Source of the DNA: Sphingobacteriaceae bacterium
GTDB taxonomy: Bacteria > Bacteroidota > Bacteroidia > Sphingobacteriales > Sphingobacteriaceae
NCBI GenBank assembly: GCA_947458875.1
Contig: CANGZD010000003.1
Span: 6,690-70,689 of the forward strand
Reading direction: 5' to 3'
Length of the DNA stretch: 64,000 nucleotides
Positions 29,608-38,793 of this stretch are shown one piece after another; positions within the stretch are counted from its first letter, which is position 1; each line of letters starts with the position of its first letter. Below the pieces are notes generated by a model. It saw only the letters and a program-made list of their open reading frames with translations. It did not search any database and was not told the origin of the DNA. The position numbers and the translations under genes were made by a program.

Positions 29608-30324
29608 TTAAGTGGAGCTTAGTAGAAATAAAAGTTGATCAGATAACTTATTCACAAAACGAACGTACTCAGATGATTGATGATTATCAACATTTGTATT
29701 TTCATTACCAAAATATTCATCTAAATAGTCATCATAACCATTACCAATAGACGAGCTTTTACTTTCTTGTAAAGGATCAGCTTTTAATGATTCAAATAAA
29801 CAAGGAAGACTTGCCATCAGTTGATGAATATGCTCCAATACGATGGACTTTAGTATGATTAATTGATAAAGTTGAAGATTGTTAGGATCATTATCGATGT
29901 TTAATTCAGCAATCAAAGTATCAATTTGATCTATAAAAGCTGGAGCCCGATCGGCTTGTAAATGATGCAGCTCTAAATATAAATCTTTAATCAATCCATT
30001 ATCTACATAATTGATCAATCCGTCATTTGGATCGAAAATGAGCCATTTTCTGAAGTTTGGCCATACCTCGATGAGATCTTTCCCTACGGGTATGGCTTCT
30101 AAATGATTAATTGCCCAAATAAATGCTTGATCTTGAGGCAAATGGATAAATATAGATTTAATGAGTTCTGCCAACGCTATAGGTGTTTGAATGGCATTGG
30201 CATAGGCCTTTACATCCCATGTTTGATCTTGTGAAAGCTTGTCTGCTTTGATGAGTTGCTGCATTCCATGGATACAGCTCAGTTTGAGATCCGGATTGGA
30301 TTGGTAAGCTATATAGTTGTTCAT
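29608..30324 (-). CDS. orphan hypothetical protein (no recognisable domain), low-GC
   Basis: 238-aa ORF, acidic and Leu/Ile/Asp/Gln-rich, with no signal peptide or TM helix. G+C is about 28-33 percent on four hand-counted 60-nt lines, against 42 and 52 percent on one sampled line each in gyrA and mnmE. Confidence 0.5.
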   Translation of the reverse strand: MNNYIAYQSNPDLKLSCIHGMQQLIKADKLSQDQTWDVKAYANAIQTPIALAELIKSIFIHLPQDQAFIWAINHLEAIPVGKDLIEVWPNFRKWLIFDPNDGLINYVDNGLIKDLYLELHHLQADRAPAFIDQIDTLIAELNIDNDPNNLQLYQLIILKSIVLEHIHQLMASLPCLFESLKADPLQESKSSSIGNGYDDYLDEYFGNENTNVDNHQSSEYVRFVNKLSDQLLFLLSST

Positions 30325-30495
30325 CTTATCAAATTATTTTGATTGAATAACACTTATTAGCTCCAAACGTTTGAATTCGAGTTTTAGCTTATCAACATTA
30401 TTATTTAATAGAAATTAGATCCTCATCAAATAATGTCTGACGAAGATTAAAAAATACCAGTCTAAACGAATAAAAATAACACGGAAGGCTGAATT

Positions 30496-31857
30496 TTACT
30501 TTCCGATACAGAATTTGGTGAAAATGTTTTCGAGCAAATCATCGGTAGTAACAATGCCTGTAATTTCACCCAGATAGTGTAATGCTTGTTTAATGTCGCT
30601 GGCTAAAAAGTCGGAAGCAATTGGTGTATCCAAGTTGGTTAAAACCCGGTTCAAAGCAGATTCTGTTTTTTGCAAAGCCTCCAAATGGCGAATATTGCTC
30701 ACAATTACCCCATCTGTATTCAATTTAGCAAGATTCACTTTTTCAAGAATGGCTGTCTTTAACTCTTCAATCCCAGATTTTTGTTGAGCAGAAATAGAGA
30801 TAAATCCATATTCATCTAGTAGTGATTGGTGCTCAGCAGTAATTAAGTCAGATTTATTCATTAAAGCAATGAATGGAATTTGTAAATCTTGTACTTGTTG
30901 AAGCTGCGTTTCAATACTATCTCGTTCTTGGTCTGGCGTAAATAAATAGATAATCAATTTTGCCAGTTTCATCTTATCGAGGGTTCGCTCCACTCCTTTT
31001 GCTTCAATTACATCTTGAGTGTCTCTGATGCCGGCAGTATCAATGAATCGGAAATTGATGCCGTTCAAAATCATTTCATCCTCAATCGTATCTCTTGTGG
31101 TGCCCGCAATATCAGAAACAATGGCCCGCTCCTCGTTGAGTAAAGTGTTTAATAAAGTTGATTTTCCCACATTTGGCTGCCCAGCTATGACCACCGGAAC
31201 GCCGTTTTTCAATACATTTCCTTGCTCAAAAGAGGCAATTAAATTATTGATAACCCGATTAATTTTATAAATAAGTGTTTTTAAATCGTCGCGATTAGCA
31301 AATTCTACATCTTCTTCGGCAAAATCTAATTCCAGCTCGATCATAGATGCAAAATGGATCAACTCGTTTCGCAATTGTTGAAGTTGATTGGAAAAACCAC
31401 CCCTCATTTGCTGCATGGCCATCTGATGAGAAGCCTGCGAATGTGAAGCTATCAGGTCTGCAACTGCTTCGGCTTGTGATAAATCTAATTGGCCATTTAA
31501 AAAGGCCCTCAGCGTAAATTCTCCAGGCTTAGCGGCCCTTGCACCATGCTTAATGGCAAGTTTGATCACTTTTTCGATGATATAAGCTGAACCATGCGTA
31601 GAAATCTCCACCACATTTTCCCGTGTATAGGAATGAGGCGCAATGAATAAGGAAACCAACACCTCGTCAATAATCTGCTCTTCGTCTCTGATGGTGCCAA
31701 AGTGGATGGTATGTGACGCTTGTTGGCTGAGATCTTTTCCTTTAAATATTTTTTGGGTGATTTGAATCGCATCGGGTCCGGATAGGCGAATGACCGCAAT
31801 GGCTCCACTCCCACCCGGAGTAGCCAGGGCTATAATGGTATCAGAAGAAGCATTCAT
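30496..31857 (-). CDS. mnmE: tRNA modification GTPase MnmE
   Basis: G-domain GQPNVGKSTLLN and the hallmark C-terminal CIGK. Confidence 0.9.
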   Translation of the reverse strand: MNASSDTIIALATPGGSGAIAVIRLSGPDAIQITQKIFKGKDLSQQASHTIHFGTIRDEEQIIDEVLVSLFIAPHSYTRENVVEISTHGSAYIIEKVIKLAIKHGARAAKPGEFTLRAFLNGQLDLSQAEAVADLIASHSQASHQMAMQQMRGGFSNQLQQLRNELIHFASMIELELDFAEEDVEFANRDDLKTLIYKINRVINNLIASFEQGNVLKNGVPVVIAGQPNVGKSTLLNTLLNEERAIVSDIAGTTRDTIEDEMILNGINFRFIDTAGIRDTQDVIEAKGVERTLDKMKLAKLIIYLFTPDQERDSIETQLQQVQDLQIPFIALMNKSDLITAEHQSLLDEYGFISISAQQKSGIEELKTAILEKVNLAKLNTDGVIVSNIRHLEALQKTESALNRVLTNLDTPIASDFLASDIKQALHYLGEITGIVTTDDLLENIFTKFCIGK

Positions 31858-31864
31858 GAGCTTG

Positions 31865-31872
31865 CAAATATA
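31865..31872 (-). promoter_or_regulatory. -7 promoter element 7 nt upstream of the mnmE ATG
   Basis: The minus strand reads TATATTTG-CAAGCTC-ATG. Confidence 0.4.
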
Positions 31873-31879
31873 CGCTTAT

Positions 31880-32647
31880 TTAAAACCCTTCCTCTATTCC
31901 TAAACCAAACAAGGCGAAATCATATTTCACAGGATCATGTGGATCAAATTGTTTTAAATTTTCCGTCAGTTCAAGGGCGGTGAGCCAATCTAGCTGCTTG
32001 CGTTCAATTAAACCGAGTTTTCGGGCAACACGCTCTACATGAAGGTCAATGGGACAAACCAGATCGGAAGGTTTAATTCTATTCCAAATGCCAAAATCAA
32101 CTCCCCTATCGTCTTTCCTGACCATCCACCTCAAAAACATGTTTAAACGTTTACAGCTTGATTTTTGAGAGGGTGCCGAAACGTGTTTCATCGTCCTTCT
32201 TGGAAAATCAGCATCTTTAGAAAAGAAATGATTTCTGAACGCATTGAGCATGTGCTCCATCTTCAGCTCCACAACTTGATTTGCTGAAATAAATGCGGTT
32301 TCTAAAGTATCTGATTTCTGGTAATGCTGATTAAAAAAGCGAATGAAGTAAAGTGTGTCAAGATCGTTAAAAGTGCGGTGTTTAAAACATAAAAAAGGTT
32401 TTAAATCACTTTCTTGATGATTCAAGATGAAATCATAGGGACTGGAATCCATTTTTTGGATCAATTCTCGGCATTTATTAATGATGGTTTTACGCTGTCC
32501 CCAGGCAAGCATGGCAGCCCAAAATCCCATGATCTCAATGTCCTGCTTTTTAGAAAAAATATGTGGAATCACAATCGGATCGTTTTCGATAAAGCCTGGC
32601 CGATTGTATTGATCTACCTTAGCATCAAGAAAAGCTTTTAACTCCAA
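31880..32647 (-). CDS. TIGR02757/DUF2400-family protein
   Basis: 255 aa whose N-terminus (..NRPGFIENDPI..) and overall sequence resemble the DUF2400 family. Function unknown. Confidence 0.6.
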   Translation of the reverse strand: MELKAFLDAKVDQYNRPGFIENDPIVIPHIFSKKQDIEIMGFWAAMLAWGQRKTIINKCRELIQKMDSSPYDFILNHQESDLKPFLCFKHRTFNDLDTLYFIRFFNQHYQKSDTLETAFISANQVVELKMEHMLNAFRNHFFSKDADFPRRTMKHVSAPSQKSSCKRLNMFLRWMVRKDDRGVDFGIWNRIKPSDLVCPIDLHVERVARKLGLIERKQLDWLTALELTENLKQFDPHDPVKYDFALFGLGIEEGF

Positions 32648-32655
32648 AATTCGAA

Positions 32656-33801
32656 TTAAATCTGGTCTAAAGCTTGTTCCAAATCGGCTAATAAATCTTC
32701 TATATCTTCCACTCCCACACTTAGACGCAATAAATTATCTGTTACACCGGCTTTTTCTCGTTCAGCCTTTGGAATAGAGGCATGCGTCATGGTAGCCGGA
32801 TGATTGATGAGTGATTCGACTCCACCCAAAGATTCTGCCAGCGCAAATACCTTGAAAGAGGAAGCTAACTTGAAAGTGCTTTCCAAATTGGCACCTTTTG
32901 TCGAAAAAGAGATCATTCCACCAAAATCACGCATCTGTTTTTTGGCAATCTCATGATTGGGATGATCGTTAAATCCAGGCCAGTAAACCAATTCTACTTT
33001 CGGATGTGCTTTCAAGTATTCTGCAACTTTACGTCCATTATCGCAATGTGCTTTCATACGCAAATGAAGCGTTTTCAATCCCCTCAAGACCAAAAAACTA
33101 TCCATTGGTCCGGGCACGGCGCCACAAGAGTTTTGTATATAGGCTAAACGCTCATATAAATCCTGATTGCTGGTGAGTAATGCACCCATGATCACATCAG
33201 AATGTCCGCCTAAATACTTAGTGGCCGAATGCATCACCACATCTGCACCTAAATCGATGGGATTTTGTAAATAAGGGGAAGCAAAAGTATTATCAACAAC
33301 CAGTGTCAGTTTATTTTCTTTTGAGATCTTAGATACAGCAGCAATATCTACTACCCGCATGGTTGGATTGGTGGGGGTTTCAATCCAAATCATTTTGGTA
33401 TTTTGATTGATATAATTACCAATGTTTTGGGCATCATTCAGATCAATAAAATGAAATTTGATTCCATAAGGTTCAAAAATCTTTGTAAACATTCGGTATG
33501 AACCACCGTACAGATCGTTACCGGTAATCACTTCATCACCAGGTTTTAATAATTTCATCACGGTATCGGTTGCGCCCATTCCACTGGAGAAAGCAAGTCC
33601 GTGTTTGGCATTTTCCAAAGCCGCCAAACAGTCTTCTAAAGCTTTACGGGTAGGATTTTTCCCACGGGCATAGGCGTAGCCTTTATGCTGGCCTGGTGAT
33701 TCCTGCCAATAAGTGGATGTTTGATAAATGGGGGTCATAATGGCCCCTGTGGTTGGATCAGGCTCTTGCCCAGCATGGATGGCTTTGGTTCCGAATTTCA
33801 T
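32656..33801 (-). CDS. Cys/Met-metabolism PLP enzyme (cystathionine gamma-synthase/lyase family)
   Basis: MKFGTKAIHAG start, PLP-lysine region SATKYLGGHSD. I use the ATG at 33801 because a -7 promoter element lies inside the longer track ORF. Confidence 0.8.
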   Translation of the reverse strand: MKFGTKAIHAGQEPDPTTGAIMTPIYQTSTYWQESPGQHKGYAYARGKNPTRKALEDCLAALENAKHGLAFSSGMGATDTVMKLLKPGDEVITGNDLYGGSYRMFTKIFEPYGIKFHFIDLNDAQNIGNYINQNTKMIWIETPTNPTMRVVDIAAVSKISKENKLTLVVDNTFASPYLQNPIDLGADVVMHSATKYLGGHSDVIMGALLTSNQDLYERLAYIQNSCGAVPGPMDSFLVLRGLKTLHLRMKAHCDNGRKVAEYLKAHPKVELVYWPGFNDHPNHEIAKKQMRDFGGMISFSTKGANLESTFKLASSFKVFALAESLGGVESLINHPATMTHASIPKAEREKAGVTDNLLRLSVGVEDIEDLLADLEQALDQI

Positions 33802-33814
33802 GGATTTTTTTTTA

Positions 33815-33822
33815 CAAAAATA
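33815..33822 (-). promoter_or_regulatory. -7 promoter element (TAnnTTTG on minus strand)
   Basis: Plus-strand CAAAAATA lies 13 nt upstream of the ATG at 33801. Confidence 0.4.
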
Positions 33823-33913
33823 ATTTTTAGTAATTTGATTATTGCATTTAATTTTCAACCAAATTAAACCTTTGGTAATCACGGCCATCAAAGAAAGAAA
33901 ACAATTAAAAATC

Positions 33914-34795
33914 ATGAAAAAAATTACGTTCCCTATACTTTCGTTTTTGCTGCTTGCAGTGGTAATGATTGTTTCTTGTAAAAAGAGTGATAACGCTCTT
34001 ATTAATAATGAATCTGATAATGTTACTTTAATGGAAAATGTTCAGGTAGAAGAAATGGTGACTGATAATTTTACGGAAATTATCGGTATTTCTTTACTGG
34101 ATCTATTCTTGTTTGAAGCACCCGGAAATCAGCTTATCAATAATGCTGAAACTAGTGAAATACTGAATGCTGGAAATAATCTTTCTATAGCTTGCAAAAA
34201 TGTAACAGTCAATCCTACCGGAAATGTTTTTCCTAAAACCGTTACCATCGATTTTGGCCAGGGATGTGATGAAGGAAACAGAGTTAGAAAGGGAAAAATG
34301 ATTGTGGTATATAGCGGTAAAATGAAAGAAGCCGGAAGCACAGTTACCACAACTTATGAAAATTTCTACATCAACGATGACAAGATTGAAGGCAGCAAAA
34401 CCATAGTGAATAACGGGCCTAATGCTAATGGGAAAGTAAGTTTCACTGTAACTGTAAATCATACCCGCACCTTTGCTAAAGGTGGTAGCAATAAGCATAA
34501 TTCGGTAAAAACCTTTACCTGGATGGAAGGTTTTGCTACCAATATTCCACTCGATGATGTTTTTGCCATTACGGGTGCCGAAAGTGGATCAGATTCAAAT
34601 GGCAAAACCTTCTCCACCACAACTCTTAAACCATTGATCAAAAAAGTAGCGTGTCCTTTTATGGTTGCCGGCAGATTGCAGGTTAATAAAAGTGGCAGAC
34701 CATCTCAGGTAATTGATTTTGGTGAGGGTGAATGTGATGCTAAAGCGGTGGTAACGGTAAACGGGGTAAGTAAAGAGATCAGCTTGAAGAAATAA
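33914..34795 (+). CDS. hypothetical lipoprotein with duplicated IDFGxGxCD motif
   Basis: The ATG at 33914 gives MKKITFPILSFLLLAVVMIVSCKK (lipobox). TIDFGQGCDEG and VIDFGEGECDAK motifs occur near the two domain ends. Confidence 0.55.
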   Translation: MKKITFPILSFLLLAVVMIVSCKKSDNALINNESDNVTLMENVQVEEMVTDNFTEIIGISLLDLFLFEAPGNQLINNAETSEILNAGNNLSIACKNVTVNPTGNVFPKTVTIDFGQGCDEGNRVRKGKMIVVYSGKMKEAGSTVTTTYENFYINDDKIEGSKTIVNNGPNANGKVSFTVTVNHTRTFAKGGSNKHNSVKTFTWMEGFATNIPLDDVFAITGAESGSDSNGKTFSTTTLKPLIKKVACPFMVAGRLQVNKSGRPSQVIDFGEGECDAKAVVTVNGVSKEISLKK

Positions 34796-34816
34796 GCATC
34801 ACCAATAATTATAACT

Positions 34817-34847
34817 AAGCTTCATCAGAAATGGTGAAGCTTTTTTT
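34817..34847 (+). terminator. rho-independent terminator
   Basis: aagcttcatca-gaaa-tggtgaagctt hairpin (about 11 bp) plus a T7 run. The T-run overlaps the stop codon of the convergent gene. Confidence 0.7.
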
Positions 34848-35460
34848 ATTGTTTTAAGAATTGGCTACTCTGAGGACCTTGGTTAAATAAGAGATCAACA
34901 ATGCTGAGATTAGGAATAAAACCATTGCGATCTTCAAAAACCTGAAAATAGCTTGGATGAGTATATGCAGCTATTTTTTTTGGATGGATAGAGGAACGGA
35001 AATCTAAAAGGTTCTCTGCAGGTTCAAAGTAGGATATTGCAGTATCAAAATTCAATCCCAACTTTAGCAAACGATTTAAGAGATTGAGTAATTCCTGATT
35101 ATAATCATGCAGATAATCCCACTTTTTCTCATAAAAAGGTGCAAAATCAGCCTCGTAAAATTCAAAAAATGCAGAACTACGATAAGAGGTCTGCAAACTC
35201 AGCCAATGTAGTCTTTGCCAGTTGAAATCATAACTAATTTTTACCTCTTTCATGGCCGTATGCACCTTCGAACCTTTCATAACTGGTACAATCAAATCTA
35301 ATCTGCCATTGGCAGAATGAATGCTGGCCCGGTTACGATATGTTTGCTTCGGGAAATGTTCGTGGATATCCAGTAAGAGATTAGTATTTGCTTTTAATGC
35401 TGCAGAAAAAAAATCAATTGGAGGCAGATAAAATAAAGGTAAAATGGCTGCTTTCTGCAT
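34846..35460 (-). CDS. WbqC-family protein
   Basis: LPPIDFF..HEHFPKQTYRNRASI..GRLDLIVPV resembles the WbqC-like family. I use the ATG at 35460; the track ORF starts at a TTG at 35484. Confidence 0.65.
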   Translation of the reverse strand: MQKAAILPLFYLPPIDFFSAALKANTNLLLDIHEHFPKQTYRNRASIHSANGRLDLIVPVMKGSKVHTAMKEVKISYDFNWQRLHWLSLQTSYRSSAFFEFYEADFAPFYEKKWDYLHDYNQELLNLLNRLLKLGLNFDTAISYFEPAENLLDFRSSIHPKKIAAYTHPSYFQVFEDRNGFIPNLSIVDLLFNQGPQSSQFLKQ

Positions 35461-35489
35461 GCTAAATTTTATGTTTGTAATCAATTAGG

Positions 35490-35497
35490 CAAAACTA
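35490..35497 (-). promoter_or_regulatory. -7 promoter element (TAnnTTTG on minus strand)
   Basis: Plus-strand CAAAACTA lies 29 nt upstream of the ATG at 35460. Confidence 0.35.
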
Positions 35498-35555
35498 ACA
35501 ATAAAGAATTAATGCCAAATTATTCGGAATATAAAGACTAATCATCAATCAATAG

Positions 35556-36437
35556 ATGTCAAAAATATTGTTCTATACAGGCTATTACACTTTATACCTG
35601 ATCTCTCTCCTCCCCTTCCGGATCATTTATTTTATTTCGGATGGACTTTACTATTTACTTTACTATGTGATTGGGTACAGACGAAAAGTAGTAAGAACCA
35701 ATTTAGAAAACTCATTTCCTGAAAAATCAAGAGCCCAGATTCTCAAAATAGAAAAAACTAATTACCGTTTTATAGCCGACCTGCTGATGGAAAACGTGAA
35801 ATTATTAAGCATGAGTCGCGAAAGTATTAATAAGCGATTTTCCTTGGTTAATCACGGCTTTGTACAAGATCTATTAGACCAAAAGCAATCCATTTTACTT
35901 GCTAGCAGTCATTATGGTAATTGGGAATGGGCCGCTCCGGGAATATCATCTATTTTTCAAGGAAAAATCTTAGGTGTTTACAAACCGCTAACTAATCAGG
36001 ACGTGGAGAAGGTGATCAACGGCATTCGTTCCCAGTTTGGCGTTTTATTGGTGCCGATGAAGCAAACCATGCGTACCATTGCCGAGCAAACAGACACTTA
36101 TATGGCGGTTTTGGTTAGCGATCAAACACCGATTCGCCACGAAAAGAACTATTTTATCGACTTTTTAAATCAACCCACTTCCGTTTTTCAAGGCTTAGAG
36201 AAAATTGCCAAACTCACCGGCAATCCGATCATTTACATGCACATTGACCGACCCAAAAGGGGATATTATGAGGCTCATTTCAAAATGTTATACGACAAAC
36301 CTCAGCAAACAGCCGAAAACGAAATAACCAAGGGTTATAACCTAGAATTAGAAAACATCATCAAGGCGAAACCTGAGTTCTGGATATGGTCTCATAAACG
36401 CTGGAAACACAAACCGCCGCAAAGCAATGAAAAATAA
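35556..36437 (+). CDS. LpxL/HtrB-like lipid A (lysophospholipid) acyltransferase
   Basis: N-terminal TM helix, SSHYGNWEW motif and 293 aa length. Confidence 0.65.
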   Translation: MSKILFYTGYYTLYLISLLPFRIIYFISDGLYYLLYYVIGYRRKVVRTNLENSFPEKSRAQILKIEKTNYRFIADLLMENVKLLSMSRESINKRFSLVNHGFVQDLLDQKQSILLASSHYGNWEWAAPGISSIFQGKILGVYKPLTNQDVEKVINGIRSQFGVLLVPMKQTMRTIAEQTDTYMAVLVSDQTPIRHEKNYFIDFLNQPTSVFQGLEKIAKLTGNPIIYMHIDRPKRGYYEAHFKMLYDKPQQTAENEITKGYNLELENIIKAKPEFWIWSHKRWKHKPPQSNEK

Positions 36438-37446
36438 TCCGAAAGTTGCGGTTGTTATTCTGAATTGGAATGGCAGAAAATACCTGGAGCAATTTCTCCC
36501 TTCGGTTTTGGCCACTTCCTACCCTAATCTGGAAATAATTATTGGTGATAATGATTCTACTGACGACTCGATTTCGTTTCTAAAAGCAAACTATCCAGAC
36601 TTGCGTATTATTCATAATGATCAGAATTATGGTTTTGCCGGAGGATACAATCAGGTATTAGCTCAAGTGGATGCCGATTATTTCGTTTTATTGAATTCGG
36701 ATGTGGAAGTGAGTGGAGAATGGATCCATCCGGTAATTCAACTCATGGAAGTCAATTCACAAATTGTCGTGGCCCAACCAAAAATATTAAGCTACCACGA
36801 TAAAGAAAGCTTCGAATATTCAGGTGCAGCGGGCGGTTTTATCGATTTTCTGGCTTATCCTTTTTGTCGTGGCCGAATATTTGATACGCTTGAGAAAGAT
36901 GATGGTCAGTACGATGATGCAATAGAAATTTTTTGGGCAAGTGGTGCAGCTTTATTTATCAAGAAGAATGCCTGGATTGAAATTGGTGGATTTGATGAAG
37001 ACTTTTTTGCCCACATGGAAGAAATCGACCTTTGCTGGAGATTGAAAAACCGTGGATATCAAATTTGGTACTGCCCCGATGCAAAGGTGTACCATGTGGG
37101 TGGCGGGACTTTAAACGCTGAGAGTCCATTCAAAACCTTTTTAAATTTCCGGAATAATTTATGGATGATACATAAGAATTCTTCGGCAAGTACTGCATTA
37201 TTTAAGGTGGTCATCCGATTTTTTATGGACTTTTTATCCTTGTTAAAATTCCTGGTTGAGGGAAAAACAAAAAATGCGTTAGCTATCAGTAAAGCGCATG
37301 TCGCTTTTCTAAGAAACTGGAAGAAAAATGCGTCTAAGCGACCAGCTAATTTCAAAAAATATAACGCCGCAGGAGTATATCCAAAGAGTATCGTTTGGCA
37401 ATATTTTGTGCGGAATAAAAAAAGATTTACAGATTTGCCGGCTTAG
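36427..37446 (+). CDS. family 2 glycosyltransferase
   Basis: VAVVILNWNG.., DND and LNSD motifs. Overlaps the upstream gene by 11 nt. Confidence 0.8.
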   Translation: MKNNPKVAVVILNWNGRKYLEQFLPSVLATSYPNLEIIIGDNDSTDDSISFLKANYPDLRIIHNDQNYGFAGGYNQVLAQVDADYFVLLNSDVEVSGEWIHPVIQLMEVNSQIVVAQPKILSYHDKESFEYSGAAGGFIDFLAYPFCRGRIFDTLEKDDGQYDDAIEIFWASGAALFIKKNAWIEIGGFDEDFFAHMEEIDLCWRLKNRGYQIWYCPDAKVYHVGGGTLNAESPFKTFLNFRNNLWMIHKNSSASTALFKVVIRFFMDFLSLLKFLVEGKTKNALAISKAHVAFLRNWKKNASKRPANFKKYNAAGVYPKSIVWQYFVRNKKRFTDLPA

Positions 37447-37871
37447 GCTAAAAAACTCTCCAAAGCCAAACGATAACTATCGAGTCCAAATCCAGCAATC
37501 ACTCCTTTGCAATTTTTAGCCATCAACGATACGTGACGGAATTCTTCACGGGCATATACATTAGAGATGTGTACTTCCACCACAGGGCTTTGAATGGCCG
37601 CAATGGCATCGGCAATAGCTACCGAAGTGTGGGTATAACCACCAGCATTCAGTATGATACCATCGGCTGAAAAACCAATTGCATGCAATTTATTGATGAT
37701 TTCACCTTCCACATTACTTTGGAAATAGCTGATCTCGAAGATGGCATATTTCTCTTTAAGTATTGCTAAATAAGATTCAAAATCGGTATTACCGTAAACA
37801 GATTTCTCCCGTAAACCGAGTAAATTTAAATTTGGACCGTTTATGATGTGTATATTCATCGTTTCAAACAT
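37443..37871 (-). CDS. aroQ: type II 3-dehydroquinate dehydratase
   Basis: INGPNLNLLGLRE..YG, NAGGYTHTSVA and HISN motifs. Confidence 0.9.
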   Translation of the reverse strand: MFETMNIHIINGPNLNLLGLREKSVYGNTDFESYLAILKEKYAIFEISYFQSNVEGEIINKLHAIGFSADGIILNAGGYTHTSVAIADAIAAIQSPVVEVHISNVYAREEFRHVSLMAKNCKGVIAGFGLDSYRLALESFLA

Positions 37872-37893
37872 AAAATTTTAAATCGATAATTCC

Positions 37894-38793
37894 TTGAACT
37901 GGTCGTCTTTACATAAGGGTTTTAAAACGTATCTACGATTGGAGCGATCCTTGTCAACCAACAGTATCAGCGCTTACTTACAGGACATTTCTAAATTAGA
38001 AGTATTTTTAGAAGAACAAGGACTGCAAAAATCATTTAAGGACATACAAATAGATGATTTAAAATCATTTTTAAAATGGATCAATTTGCAGGGAATGAGT
38101 CCGCATACCCAGGCACGAACATTATCGGGCATTAAAGCTTTTTTTAAATATTTGTTACTCGAAGAGCTGATTCTGACTGACCCCTCTGCCCTGCTGCAAA
38201 GTCCTAAATTGAGCAGAAAATTACCTGATACATTGAGTTTACCCGAGATCAATAGTTTGATTGATGCCATTGATCTTTCTAAACCCGAAGGTATGCGAAA
38301 TAAAGCCATGCTTGAAATGTTATACGGCTGCGGTTTACGCGTTTCTGAATTGGTAACACTCAAAATTTCTAACCTTTTTTTAGACATCGATTTGATCAAA
38401 ATCATCGGAAAGGGGAATAAAGAAAGATTGGTTCCCATTGGTGGTGAGGCAGTAAAATATTTAAAAATTTGGCTTCAAACACTTAGGGTACAAGTAGATA
38501 TCAAACCCGGAAAAGAAGATTTTGTCTTCCTCAACAGAAGAGGGTCGCCACTATCGAGGGTAATGGTATTTTTAATCATCAAGGATTTAGCGACACAAAT
38601 CGGATTGAAGAAAAAAATAAGCCCGCATACATTCAGGCACTCTTTTGCCACGCATTTGATTGAGGGTGGTGCCGATTTACGTGCCGTTCAGGAAATGTTG
38701 GGCCACGAGAGCATCACCACTACAGAAATTTATACCCATTTGGATCGGGATTATTTACGGAGCACCATCTTGCAATACCACCCAAGAAGTTAA
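37894..38793 (+). CDS. xerD: tyrosine recombinase XerD
   Basis: R..HxxR..Y catalytic set (LRVSEL, HTFRHSFATHL, EIYTH) and an N-terminal SAM-like domain. TTG start. Confidence 0.8.
   Translation: MNWSSLHKGFKTYLRLERSLSTNSISAYLQDISKLEVFLEEQGLQKSFKDIQIDDLKSFLKWINLQGMSPHTQARTLSGIKAFFKYLLLEELILTDPSALLQSPKLSRKLPDTLSLPEINSLIDAIDLSKPEGMRNKAMLEMLYGCGLRVSELVTLKISNLFLDIDLIKIIGKGNKERLVPIGGEAVKYLKIWLQTLRVQVDIKPGKEDFVFLNRRGSPLSRVMVFLIIKDLATQIGLKKKISPHTFRHSFATHLIEGGADLRAVQEMLGHESITTTEIYTHLDRDYLRSTILQYHPRS

Noticed and set aside
30317-30344. Possible second, degenerate dif-like site on the far side of the orphan ORF (TTGTTCATCTT-ATCAAA-TTATTTTGATT).
   Set aside because: Only 8 of 11 positions match in the XerD-like arm. 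The orientation is opposite to the main site, and it overlaps the ORF start codon. It is not distinguishable from chance.
29583-30402. 9-nt inverted match (aataatgtt at 29583-29591, aacattatt at 30394-30402) flanking the orphan ORF, as possible element ends.
   Set aside because: A 9-mer match between two AT-rich spacers of this size is expected by chance. There are no longer terminal repeats and no target-site duplication.
37894-38793. Tyrosine recombinase as a marker of an integrated mobile element.
   Set aside because: It has the full XerD-type motif set and sits in the housekeeping aroQ/prmC/ribD context. There are no flanking repeats, no cargo genes and no compositional shift. I read it as the chromosomal XerD.
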